Source: the human T2T-CHM13v2.0 reference genome, Homo sapiens. Taken from it: DNA of 64,000 nt. Position numbers and translations under genes: made by a program. The first letter of the stretch is position 1. Each line of letters opens with the position of its first letter. The notes below the pieces were generated by a model. That model was not told where the DNA came from, did no database searches, and saw only the letters and a program-made list of their open reading frames with translations. Location of the stretch: assembly GCF_009914755.1 (NCBI RefSeq), contig NC_060931.1, one strand, 5' to 3'. Shown here piece by piece: positions 1 through 25,178 of the stretch.

Positions 1-213
1 TGGGAGAAACCACTGTGCCTCAGAGGCAGTAAGCCCCAGATCGGGGCTTCTCATTAAATGTCTACAAAGAGTTAATAGTCAAATAATATCAGCATTTTCT
101 CAACTTATAGAATGTGAAGTTATAGATACTATCAAAATATACAGATATCAAAACCAGGTTAGCAAAGTTTTACAACAGAAATTTCTAGCATTGATAACTG
201 AAAAAAGATATTC

Positions 214-1304
<1,091 letters not shown>

Positions 1305-1504
1305 CCAAGCCAAATTTCTTATTTTTTCTTTGACCACAACTGGCTTCCTTCAATTTTACACTGAAAATCAAAGGGAGATGTGAGTCATTTTTACAGCTAA
1401 TTTAGTTGAAATGTCAGGCTTGTAGTTAAGCAGACTGCTAGTAACGGTTCAAAAAATTCCTCATGAGTGGCACACCAGTGGCCCCAACCTGTGAGAAGAA
1501 AAGA

Positions 1505-1720
1505 ATTCTGATGATGGAATTTCTACTCTTAACTAAATGTAAGTCTCTGTATCAGGTCATTTAACTCTCTGACACTCAAGTCTTTTAATCTGGGCTTCGG
1601 ATAATACTGCCTATGTTTAAATCTTGGTTTCACCATTTAGTCAATCGGTGGCTCCAGATAAATTGTTCAATCTCCTAGGCCAATTTCCTCATTTGTAAAA
1701 TGAGAATACAGTTGTTTTAA
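1505..1720 (+). mobile_element. MIR fragments
   Basis: Core TCAATCTCCTAGGCCAATTTCCTCATTTGTAAAATGAGAATA. Confidence 0.6.
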
Positions 1721-3025
1721 AATTAGTTGCGGGTAGGTAGAGGGGCATGTGCCCAAGTCCCAGCTTTACTGTGGTTGCTGAAGCAAGAGAATCCTTTGAG
1801 CCCAGGAGTTCAATGCTGCAAGTAAGCTATGATAGCACCATTGCACTCCAGCATAGGCGGCAGAGGGAGAACCTACCTCCAAAAAAATTCATTAATTTTA
1901 AAAAATAAAAACTTTTTAAAAACTAAATCAGTTGAATTACATGAAGTTTTAGCACAGTGCCTGATATATACTAAGTGTGACATTGTGTTATTTTTATTAA
2001 CTGTTACCTGCGAAACAGAAAAATCAAAATAGCTATTCTTACATTACAAGGCTATGTTGAAAAATGAGAAGCCACTTTGTATATGGTAAATACCATCAAA
2101 ATAGCTGCATTGTAATCACAAGTACACAGGAAATGCAGTGCTTATTAATAAAATACAGTTCAAGGGGGGAAAAAATCTTTATTTTCCCATTCCAAGTTAC
2201 TTTTTTTTTTATTGAGACGAAGTTTTGCTCTTGTTGCCCAGGCTGGAGTGCAATGGTGCAATCTCAGTTCACTGCAACATCCCCTCCAGAGTTCAAGTGA
2301 TTCTCCTGTCTCAGCCTCCCAAGTTACAGGCATGTTGCCACCATGCCCAGCTAATTTTATATTTTTAGTAGAGATGAGGTTTCGCCATCTTAGGTTGGTC
2401 TTGAAATGCCGACCTCAGGTGATCCACCCCCCCGACACTCACCAAAGTGGTGAGATTACAGTCGTAAGTCACTGTGCCTGGCCTCTTTTCTTACTTATAG
2501 TTGTATTTCCAATGCCTAGCACAGTTGTTGAACGAGTGGCTCCAAAAACTTCTTCCTCTGTCAAAGACTGGAGCTGTTATTCACCATGGCCATAGAACCA
2601 GAGTCAGGAAACATGGCCTAGGCAACAACAATTAGGATTTTCTTCAGTTATCAAGTATTGCCCATTACAGAAAATATGGGAAACAAAGGAAGTCAGGAAG
2701 AAAAGAGAATCGCTCACGGTTCTCTCACCCAATTTTCTGGTTTTCAAAATCTCACCTTCACTTCCTCGTGACCAGAATGCTTGAGGCTGTCTTCTACAAA
2801 TCATTTTTTTCTCCTTGTTCTATTCATGCTGCTTCTCCATTTTTCCTTATGTATATGCTCCTAAACTACTACTGTATGATCCTAGGGCTCTGTAGTGCCC
2901 CTGGCTCTCCAGAATACTTCCTGTAAATATGCCTGCCACTTCTGCAACAGATTTGGGGGTCACTAAAGACTTTCAAATTTAATGAGTTAATCCCTTTGAC
3001 TTCCCAGCAAAAAGTGGGCAAAGCA

Positions 3026-3318
3026 GGCCAGGTGCAGTGGCTCACACCTGTAATCCCAAAACTTTGAGAGGCCGAGGTGAGTGGATTATTTGAGGTCAGG
3101 AGTTCAAGACCAGCCTGGCCAACACGGTAAAACCTGTCTCTACTAAAAATACAAAAACTAGCCAGGCGTGGTTGCGGGCACCTGTAGTCCCAGCTACTCG
3201 GGAGGCTGAGGCAGGAGAAATGCTTGAACCCGGGATGCAAAGCTTGCAGTGAGCCTAGAATGCGCCACTGCACTCCTGCCTGGGTGACAGAGCGAGATTC
3301 CATCTCAAAAAAAAAAAG
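3026..3318 (+). mobile_element. AluS with an 18-bp TSD
   Basis: AAAAAGTGGGCAAAGCAG at 3009-3026 and 3319-3336. Confidence 0.95.
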
Positions 3319-3540
3319 AAAAAGTGGGCAAAGCAGAGCTAGGCACAGGCTGGAAGAAGATGACATGCCCGTGTCACACCAGGCCTCCACAATACCTCTT
3401 CCCAGCATGTTTTTAAAAATGTCTATAAACGATTGTTTTTCATTCAAATACCAGTTGCTCATCCTAACCATTCTTTGGATATCCATCCTTTTGTAAGTCT
3501 GTACTAATACAATTAATATTAAATCAATACAGAAAAAGTT

Positions 3541-3625
3541 TACTGTTAGCTCTCCATATCCATATGTGAAAGCTGTGGATATGGAGAGCTGACTGTACTG
3601 CTACAGCATTTTATGTAACAAGAAT
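3541..3625. mobile_element. MER2-family (TcMar-Tigger) remnant forming a 57-bp hairpin
   Basis: Arms 3541-3564 and 3574-3597 are complementary at 21/24 positions, TA-bounded and TIR-like. Confidence 0.6.
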
Positions 3626-3740
3626 TGGTTATGCATCATCGGGAATACATCAAAACAAACTCTCAAATGGATTTTGTCTCAAAGAACTCAGAGTCCCATC
3701 AATCAGAGAATAAAGTCACTAGTGTAATAAAGAGACTATA

Positions 3741-4052
3741 GCCGGGCACGGTGGCTCAAGCCTGTAATCCCAGCACTTTGGGAGGCCAAGGCGGGTGGAT
3801 CACGAGGTCAGGAGACGGAGACCATCCTGGCTAACACGGTGAAACCCCGTCTCTACTTAAAAAAAAAAAAAAGCACAAAAAAATTAGCCAGGCGTGGTGG
3901 CGGGCGCCTGTAGTCCTAGCTACTCAGGAGGCTGAGGCAGGAGAATGGCGAGAACCCGGGAGGCGGAGCTTGCAGTGAGCTAAGATCGGGCCACTGCACT
4001 CTAGCCTGGGCGACAGAGCAAGACTCCATCTCAAAAAAAAAAAAAAAAAAAA
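3741..4052 (+). mobile_element. AluY
   Basis: AluY diagnostics (ACCATCCTGGCTAACACGG, GAATGGCG, GGAGCTTGCAG); TSD AGACTATAG. Confidence 0.92.
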
Positions 4053-4107
4053 GACTATAGGGGAAGGGCAGGTAGTCAGTGAAGGTTTCACAGGAATAGC
4101 CATATCA

Positions 4108-4791
<684 letters not shown>

Positions 4792-6054
4792 GAGCTCAGA
4801 TTTTCTTTTCTAGCCAATGGGAAGCAATGCAATGACAGCTGTGCTTTAGAAAAATCAACCTGGCTGCAATGTGTAAGATGGCATGTAGGAGACAACCGGT
4901 GCCAGGAAACAAGAGCCAACAGTACCTAGGGGGAGGAGAAGAATACAAGACACTGACTGCAGAGTTAGAGTCGATGGGATCTGTGTATGTCACTGGCCAT
5001 CAGGGCAAGAAGAAAGGAATCAAAGTTGACCTAGACGCTGAGATCAGGTGACCACAGGATGGTGATGCTATTAAGGAAGAACAAAGCAGATGATGAGTTC
5101 AGAGAAAGAAAACGAAAATTGTGTTAACTTTAATATGTGGACAAAATATGGTAAAATAACATCCATCATTATGGATATAAATATGCAAACAATTAGTCTA
5201 GAGTTTAACAGCTCTAAGAATCCTATTATCTGTGTATTTTTACAATAGGAAAGGTTTTAAATCAAAAATTAAACTCAAAATCTTCAGTGGGCGGGCTAAA
5301 CAATTTAACATAAAACATCAAGATTTTCTTCAACTGTCCAATGAAAATTAGTTTAGAAACTAGGACAGATAAGTAAGTACATCCTCATGTGTGGAGGGTA
5401 AAATCAACGTTTTCAACGATCTTTTTAGAACTGAATCTTCTGTGACCAAAGGACATGCTTCTGCTTCTAGCCCAAGTACTGCCTTGCAGGCTCCATCCCT
5501 TGACATGTTTTCATACGGCATTTGAGTTATTTCTTTTAAACCACAAATCTCACCATGGTGAAACCGAAATCCTTACCATGGCCTACAAAACGCTACCATC
5601 ACCTGACCTTGCTGACATAGCGGGCCTTACCTCATACCTTTTCCCCCCGCATTCACCATTCAGTAGTAACAATGGTTCAGTTCCATGACTTGCTCCTTCC
5701 TTCCACTGCAGGCTCTTCCCCAGCTAAACTACTCTTCTTCACTGCCTCTTGGACCAAATTAACTCTATTCATTGTTCGGTTCTTTGCTTTCTCCTCAGAG
5801 AAAAATTGTTCCTGATTATCCCCTAGATGTTCCTCCCTGGTTCAATCACACAACGTACCTCATTTCTTCAAAGTACTTACAACAATACTTTAATATACTT
5901 ATTTAGGAAACTATGTGTAATTTTGGTCTCCTCTGCTAAAACTTAAGTTCCAAGAAGGCAGAACCAAAGTGTCACTTGATCCCAAAGCCCCAGGACATAG
6001 CATATCGGATGGCACAGTAGATGATCTTCAATAGTAGATGTACTTTCAGAATAA

Positions 6055-6513
<459 letters not shown>

Positions 6514-7079
6514 TAATGATATCAGGTATGAGAATGAATTATGTCTCTAAAGAGCTAGAATATAGCAATGCCTAGAATTTTGTAAACACATTAAATAGTA
6601 GCTGGTAGTAGAATCAGCAAATACCAGCTCTCTCAACTATCCTATTCATCAACTTTCGATCTGCCTCACTCACACCTAACCCTTCTTTATCAGATTTCTC
6701 CACAGGGGCTTCAGGAGTTCTCTTTTATTAGCTGCTGCTGCTCTAATCAGGGTAAAAATCTAAAGCCTCGAATGAGGTTTGCCAGGGGGTCCAAAATCTG
6801 GCCCAGACTCTCCAGGCATTTCCTCAAATCCACCACTACTCCCCACACCCCAGGCGCAATAAATTATGAAATACAAAACCAAGGCAAAGCCAGGCCATGT
6901 ATTAGCCTTCTTCCTTAAAGCAAGCCGACTAAATTGAGATGTTTCATAGAATCTTCCCGCTTCTCTCCCTTCTCAGCGCGTAAAGAATGTTCTGGCAGAG
7001 CACGGTGGCTAAAGCCTGTAATTCTTGTGCTTTGGGAGGCTGAGGGTCACTTAAACCCAGGAGTTGGGCAGCACAGCTA

Positions 7080-7535
<456 letters not shown>

Positions 7536-7985
7536 CTAAAACAATGCCAACCCAGCCCCTTCCAGGAGTAACAGCTTGAAAACAATACATGGCATTTAGA
7601 TAGTTTTTAGCATTCCTGGCAATTCCGTTACTAATTCATGGGTCTTCCTCACAAGGGAAGAAACCCCATTTTTGAGGCACAGGCCCACCAGGGCAAAATG
7701 ACCTGGCCAGGCTGTAGCCAGGTGCATGTGAGGGCCACTGTGAGGCCCTCTGCTCTGCTCACCCTCTACGTCACAGTGCTTCTTCTGTAGGTGAACGTGT
7801 GGGTTTTCAGCCAGGGCGCTTCTTACTGAAGGGCCCGAGGGTCCCGGAGAACATATCTGAAACGTCTTTTGAAAAGACTGTAGCACTTTGGGAGGCCGAG
7901 GCGGAGGGATCACCTGAGGTCAGACGTTAGAGACCAGCCTGGCCAACACGGAGAAATCCCGTCTCTACTAAAAATACAAAAATTA

Positions 7986-8204
<219 letters not shown>

Positions 8205-8229
8205 CTAGGACAACTGCTACCCAGGCCCT

Positions 8230-9260
8230 TAGGGATTTACAGAGCCCTGGCGGATTTGTCAGAAATTTCTGTAACCCGCACGCCGCGCACGCTCCAGGGT
8301 TGGTTGCAAGTGGCCCAGAGTCTTGGATCCCTGGTCCTGTTCCACCGGGAGCAGAACCACCTCGACGCGGGGACAGCGGCCTCGCTCGCTGCCCAGCGCC
8401 CGGACACCCGAGCCGGGCCAGCCCCCAGCGCCCCGCAGAAGGGTTTGACGCACTTGCGGCGCCCTCGCGAGTGCCGGGTGACAGTCGCCAACTTTCGCGG
8501 AACACGCGCTCCAGATGTGAGGGGAGAGGAGGAAAAACGCCGCCCGCCTGGGCTGGGGTTCACAGGCACGGCCCGCCTCCCGCCGCTCCTCCAGGCCGCG
8601 CTCGGGTGCACGGACACCGCCTCCGCGGCGGCCTCGGGCCCAGGGGAGGGAAGCGCGGTCTCCCGGGCTGTTGCCCTCGCGCAGCAGACCCGAGGGGCCG
8701 GCCCGCGAAACTTCGCGAAGTGGCGAGAGGGGGCCACCCGGCCGCTCAGCGCCTTTGTCGCTCCAGCCTCGCCACCGCACCGGGCTCGAGACGCCCAGCC
8801 CAGCCCCTTGGCCCGATCCCGCCCGGGCCTCGGCCCGCGCCCCTCAGCTCGGCGGCCCTCACGGCCCGCGCCCCCGCCCCCACCCCCGGAGCTCCACAGA
8901 GGCGCCCCTCAGAGAGGCCGCGTCGCCTCACAGACCCGCCCAGGAGCTCGAGCGCGCCCCGCAGCCGACACTCACTCGTCACTCAAGTCGCCGGCTAGCC
9001 AGGCAGGTTCGGCGGCCTTCGCTACCGCGCCGCTTACTCCTCAGAAGCCGCAGCTGCGAGCTCCGTGGCAGCCGCTGCACTCCTTCCGGCCCTGCCGCGG
9101 CGTCACCTCGCGCCTGCGCACAGCGCCCCCTCCCGACTAAGGACAGGAAGAACCATAGAGGCACTTCGGGTACTGCGGAGGAGGGACCGGGGGGCTCACC
9201 ATAGAGAGGGCCGCCTAGTCGCGCCTGCATCCGGGCTCTCCGCCTGCGGAGACTTGACTC
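8230..9260. promoter_or_regulatory. CpG island / TATA-less promoter of RNF216
   Basis: Very high GC and CpG density. Motifs: ETS CTTCCGG 9083-9089, CRE half-site CGTCA 9101-9105, NRF1-type GCGCCTGCGCA 9110-9120, GC-box ~9124-9133, CTCGCGAG (ZBTB33/BANP-like core) 8464-8471. Confidence 0.9.
8976..9095 (-). other. RNF216: Non-coding first exon (5' UTR) of RNF216 (RBR E3 ubiquitin ligase, TRIAD3); 5' end approximate
   Basis: Minus strand reads ...GCAGCGGCTGCCACGGAGCTCGCAGCTGCGGCTTCTGAGGAGTAAGCGGCGCGGTAGCGAAGGCCGCCGAACCTGCCTGGCTAGCCGGCGACTTGAGTGACGA|gtgagt, which matches my recollection of the RNF216/RNF216P1 leader. The canonical donor lies in a CpG island. The divergent KRAB-ZNF-like locus ~42 kb away favours RNF216 over RNF216P1. 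Confidence 0.78.
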
Positions 9261-9411
9261 CCCCACGAGGCAGGAGGGTGAAAGGAAAGGAGACCCCCAT
9301 ATCCGACCCCACAAGGAGCCACCATCTCCCCAGAGCTGAAAAGGGTATGGGGCAGGTGGTTGTGGATGTTTACTCGATATCTACTGATTTGCCCTAATTC
9401 GTTTGGCAAGT

Positions 9412-13941
<4,530 letters not shown>

Positions 13942-14319
13942 TGAAAATCCGTATCATCTGTGCTGGCTGTAATTCCATGCAGTTACGGCCAAAGGCGTGC
14001 AACCTGCACTCACCCCATGAGCCTGCCAGAGAGCCGAGGCTGTAACTCCCCCACCCCATGAGTCATCACGGCACGGCTTCATTGCATTTTCTGATTACAG
14101 TTAGTTTAATGTGCATCTGACCTGTGAAATCATTGACAGCAGTGGAGGACCGCCATTATTCACAATTTGTCCATCGTCATTTTGTTCCCAAGAACTGTCA
14201 TCAGCCGTATCTACATGAAGGTGTGCTGGTGTTGTCATAGAGGACATTATTCCCAAACTCAGTCTGCTTTCAGAAGCAGTAATTTCCTGCCATTTTGGCC
14301 CATTACTTGTAAAAAAAAA

Positions 14320-16740
<2,421 letters not shown>

Positions 16741-16743
16741 CAC

Positions 16744-16775
<32 letters not shown>

Positions 16776-17165
16776 GAGACATGGTCTCATTCTGTTGCCC
16801 AGGCTGGAGTGCAGTGTGCAATCTCGACTCACCACATCCTCACCCTCCCGGGCTCAAGTAATCCTCCCACCTAGGCCTCTCAAGTAGCTGGAACCAGAGG
16901 CACGCACCACCACACCCAGTTAATTTTTGTATTTTTGGTAGAGATGGAGTGTCTTGATCTTGATGAGAGCAACATAGTGAGTACTGGGGTTACAGGCGTG
17001 AGCCACCGCGCCCGGCCAAATTGTACCTTTAAAAATAACTAAAAGAGGCTGGGCACGGTGGCTCATGCCTGTAATCCCAGCACTTTGGGAAGCCGAGGTG
17101 GGCAGATCACAAGGTCAGGAGTTTGAGACCAGCCTGGCCAACATGGTGAACTCTCGTCTCTACTA

Positions 17166-18545
<1,380 letters not shown>

Positions 18546-18712
18546 TTTTTTTTTATTTTTGTTTAGACAGAGTCTTGCTCTGTCGCCCAGGCTGGAGTGC
18601 AATGGCACAATCTTGGCTCACTGTAACGTCCACTTCCCACGTTCAAGCAATTCTCCTGTCTCAGCCTCCTGAGTAGCTGGGATTACAGGCGTGTGCCACC
18701 ACGCCCAGCTAA

Positions 18713-20015
<1,303 letters not shown>

Positions 20016-20039
20016 AATGAATGTACCCCAATCAGCAGT

Positions 20040-20462
20040 AAAATTTCTTAATTTTATTCAATCTATATCTGTGAGTACCTGTCTTAAATAGTCTGAATGA
20101 TGAGATGGGCCTGGTGCGATTATTCATGTTTGGGGCTGGACTGGCCACTTTCTTTCTAGGACATCATCTTGAGAGAATGACTGACTGACAAACTGGGATA
20201 ATTCAGATTTGGGGACTTTGCAGACACTTTCTCAAAACTGAAGAAACTGAAACTATCACTTCAAGGAAAATAACTGTGTATTTGCTGCCGATGATAACAT
20301 TTGAGCTTTCAAGAGAAGATTAGAATTTTAGACGGTTTATATCTGCCACTGGGAGCTTCACAGTTTCCCATTACTGGAAAACTTTTCTGGTGTGACGGGT
20401 GGTGATAGTAATGAACATGATTTTCTGATTTTATGAAATCCATCAACATTTGAAAAAGCTGC
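20040..20462 (+). mobile_element. Charlie1-type hAT DNA transposon fragment
   Basis: Resembles recalled Charlie1 sequence (…TTCAGATTTGGGGACTTTGCAGACACTTTCTC…TCACTTCAAGGAAAA…TTTGAGCTTTCAAG…). Confidence 0.75.
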
Positions 20463-20463
20463 T

Positions 20464-21232
<769 letters not shown>

Positions 21233-21310
21233 TTGCTGTGAGCTATGATGGTGCCACCGCACTCCAGGCTGGGTGACAGAGCGAGACCCTCTCTCTACAA
21301 AAAATAAAAG

Positions 21311-21380
21311 GCGGCAGCAGCTCTGTTTTCACTCTATTCAATCTTGCAACTGCAAAAATAAATAAACAAATAAATAAAAG
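21311..21380 (+). mobile_element. Tiny polyadenylated retrocopy of the HERV-W (LTR17) R-region 3' end
   Basis: AGCTCTGTTTTCACTCTATTCAATCTTGCAACTGCA (21319-21354), then an A-rich tail; flanking direct repeat AAATAAAAG at 21302-21310 and 21372-21380. Confidence 0.7.
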
Positions 21381-21468
21381 AATGCATGTAATCTCAGCAC
21401 TTTGGGAGGCCAAAGCGGGAGGATTGCTTGAAGCCCGGAATTCAAGTACAACCCGGCCAACATAGTGA

Positions 21469-22946
21469 TGAGAGGTGACAGCGTGCTGGCAGCCCTGGCT
21501 GGCTCTTGGCACCTCCTGGCCCTCGGCGCCCACTCTGGCTGCGCTTGAGGAGCCCTTCAGCCCTCCGCTGCACTGTGGGAGCCCCTTCCTGGGATGGCCG
21601 AGGCCAGAGCTGGCTCCCTCACTCAGCCTGCGGGGAGGTGTGGAGGGAGTGGCACGGGTGGGAACCCCGGCTGCGTGCAGCGCTTGCGGGCTAGCTAGAG
21701 TTCCGGGTGGGCGTGGGCTTGGCGGCTCCGCACTCCGAGCGGTCTGCCGACCCCGCGGGCCCCAGACAGTGAGGGGCTTAGCACCCGGGCTAGCAGCTAA
21801 GGAGGGTGTGCCGGGAACCCCAGCATGCCGGCCCACCGGCACTGTGGGCTCCTGCGCAGCCTGAGCCTCCCCGACGAGTGCCGTCCCCTGCTCCTCGGCG
21901 CCGGATCCCATTGACCGCCCAAGGGCTGAGGAGTGCAGGCGCACAGCGCGGGACTGGCAGGCGGCTCCACCTGCGGCCCCAGTGCGGGATCCACTGGGTG
22001 AAGCCAGCTGGGTTCCTGAGTCTAGTGGGGACTTGGAGAAACTTTATGTCTAGCTAAAGGATTGTAAATACACCAATCAGCACTCTGTATCTAGCTCAAG
22101 GTTTGTAAACACACCAATCAGCACCCTGTGTCTAGCTCAGGGTTTGTGGATGCACCAATGGGCAGTCTGTATCTAGCTAATCTGGTGGGGACTTGGAGAA
22201 TCTTTATGTCTAGCTAAGGGATTGTGAATACACCAATCAGCACTCTGTATCCAGCTCAAGGTTTGTAAATGCATCAATCAGCACTCTGCACCTAGCTCAG
22301 GGTTTGTAAATAGACCAATCAGCACTCTGTATCTAGCTAATCCAGTGGGGATGTGGAGAACTTTTGTCTCACTCAGGGATTGTAAACGCACCAATCAGCA
22401 CCCTGTCAAAACGGACCAATCAGCTCTCTGTAAAAAAGACCAATCGGCTCTCTGTAAAATGGACCAATCAGCAGGATGTGGGTGGGGCAAGAAAAGAGAA
22501 TAAAAGCAGGTTGCCGAGGTAGTAGTAGCAACGTGCTGGGGTTTTATTCCGTTGTGTTGGAGTTTTTTTGTGGGGGTGGGGGTGGGTGTGTTTGTTCTGT
22601 TTTGTTTTTGTTTTTGTGGTGGTGTTGTTGCTTTTTGGGTTTAGGTTGCTTTCACAGCAAAGGTCTGCAGCTTCACTCCTGTAAGCCACCGAGACTGCGA
22701 ACACTCCAGAAAGAATGAACGCCTCCAGACGCGCTTCCTTAAGACTTGTAACACTCCTCGCGAGGATCTCCAGGTTCCCTCCTTGAGCTAGCGAGATCAC
22801 GAACCCACCAGAAGGATGAAACTCCGAACACAACATCAAAAGGAGCAAACTCCGGCCACGCCGCCTTTAAGAACTGTGAAATTCACCGTGAGGGTCCGTG
22901 GCTTCATTCTTCAAGTCAGACGAAGAGCCCACGAATTCCGGACACA
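21469..22946 (+). mobile_element. Solo LTR12 (ERV9 LTR, long C/D/E type)
   Basis: Starts TGAGAGGTGACAGCGTGCTGGCAG and ends AATTCCGGACACA; CpG-rich U3; about nine CCAAT boxes in 22073-22468; AATAAAA TATA-like box 22499-22505; 4-bp TSD GTGA/GTAA; interrupts an Alu monomer (…CAACATAGTGA^…). Confidence 0.95.
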
Positions 22947-23250
22947 GTAAGAACCACCCCAATCTCTATTAATATCAATAAAATTTAAAATAAAGCATGA
23001 AATAGGCTAGGCACAGTGGCTCACTACTGTAAACCTAGCACTTTGGGATGGTGAGGTGGGTGGATGACCTGAGGTCAGGAGTTGGAGACCAACCTGGTCA
23101 ACTGGTGAAACTTCGTCTCTATTTAAAAATAGGCCGGGCGCGGTGGCTCACGTCTGTAATACCAGCACTTTGAGAGGCCAACGTGGGTGGATCCCGAGGT
23201 CAGGAGATTGAGACTCTCCTGGCTAACATGGGGAAATCTCATCTCTGCTA

Positions 23251-23589
<339 letters not shown>

Positions 23590-23792
23590 TCAGAAAAAAA
23601 TTACCTAAGCTGGGGTGCAGTGGCTCACATCTGTAATCCCAAGAGTTTGAGAGGCCAAAGCGGGTAGACCCCTTGAGGCCAGGAGTTTGAGACCAGCCTA
23701 GTAAACATGGCAAAATCCTGTCTCTAGTTTAAAAAAAAAAAAAGTTGCAAAAATTAGCTGGGCATGGTGGCACACGACTGTAGTCTCAGCTA

Positions 23793-23918
<126 letters not shown>

Positions 23919-24392
23919 CTAGCTGACACGTATCAGCACTAGTTGGAGCAGAAGTTCAGAACTGCACAGTGGCCTAGACCATGAGGATGGTAAGAGTCTT
24001 CTGCCGGTTCTTAGAGTGGACTCAGCTGTGCAAACAGAGACAACAGCAGTAAGTTGTTGAAATAAGGACTCCCCCCGACTCCCCCATCATGCCTTCCCTG
24101 TATCTATGCAATTTCCAATGTGACTTTGGTATGCCTCCCAAAGGGGGTGGGGTCTATATCTTCCCTGCCCGGCTAATTTTTTGTATTTTTAGGTAGAGAT
24201 GGGGTTTCACCTTGTTAGACAGGATGGTCTCGATCTTCTGACCTCGTGATCTGCCCACCTCAGCCTGCCAAAGTGTTGGGATTACAGGCGTGAGCCACCG
24301 CGCCCGGCCAAAGAGCTGCAATTTGAATCATAAATGTGCTAAAGAATGGGGCTTTGTTCTATAATCCTCGGTATCTCCACTGTGGCAACAGC

Positions 24393-24580
24393 CTTTCTTT
24401 TCTTTCCCTTCCCTTTCCTCCCCTCTCCTACCCTCCTCCCTTGCTTCCTTCCTTCCATCCTCCCTCCCTCCCTTCCTTCTGTCCTTCCTTCCCTCCCTCC
24501 CTCACTGCCTTCCTGCCTTCCCTAATTCCTCCCTTCCTTCCGTCCCTCCTTCCGCTTTTTTCTCTTTCTGTCTTTCTTTC
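24393..24580. repeat. Polypyrimidine (CCTT/CCCT) low-complexity tract derived from an Alu tail
   Basis: Almost pure C/T, directly before an antisense AluJ. Confidence 0.9.
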
Positions 24581-24980
24581 GAGACAGGGCCTCAGTCCAA
24601 CCCCCAGGCTGGAGTGCAGTGGTAAAATCATGGTTCACTGCAGCCTCCACTTCCTGGGTTTAGGTGATCCTCTCACCTCAGCCTCCCAAGTAGCTGGGAC
24701 TGCAGGCACATGCCACCACACCCAGCTAATTTTTTGTATTTTTTGTAGAGAAGGGATTTTCCTGTGTTGCCCAGGCAGATCTTGAACTCCTAGGCTCAAG
24801 CTGTTCTCTCATCTCAGCCTCCCAAAGTGCTGGATAACAGGCGTGAGCCACCGTGCGCAGAGCTGCAGCTTTTCTATTAGTGCTCGCCAGAGACTCCACC
24901 TACCATTGTTACCTTTAGCACCATGACATCTTCCGTTGGTATATGTGGTACCCTGGGATATACCATATAACGTGGCTTTA

Positions 24981-25178
<198 letters not shown>

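Noticed and set aside
21243-22057. ORFs of up to 233 aa over the LTR12
   Set aside because: GC-rich U3 of a solo LTR; no gag/pol/env or primer-binding site next to it.
22030-22470. ~40-bp CCAAT-containing repeats as a CRISPR-like or novel array
   Set aside because: They are the standard U3 enhancer repeats of LTR12, with no unique spacers, in a eukaryotic context.
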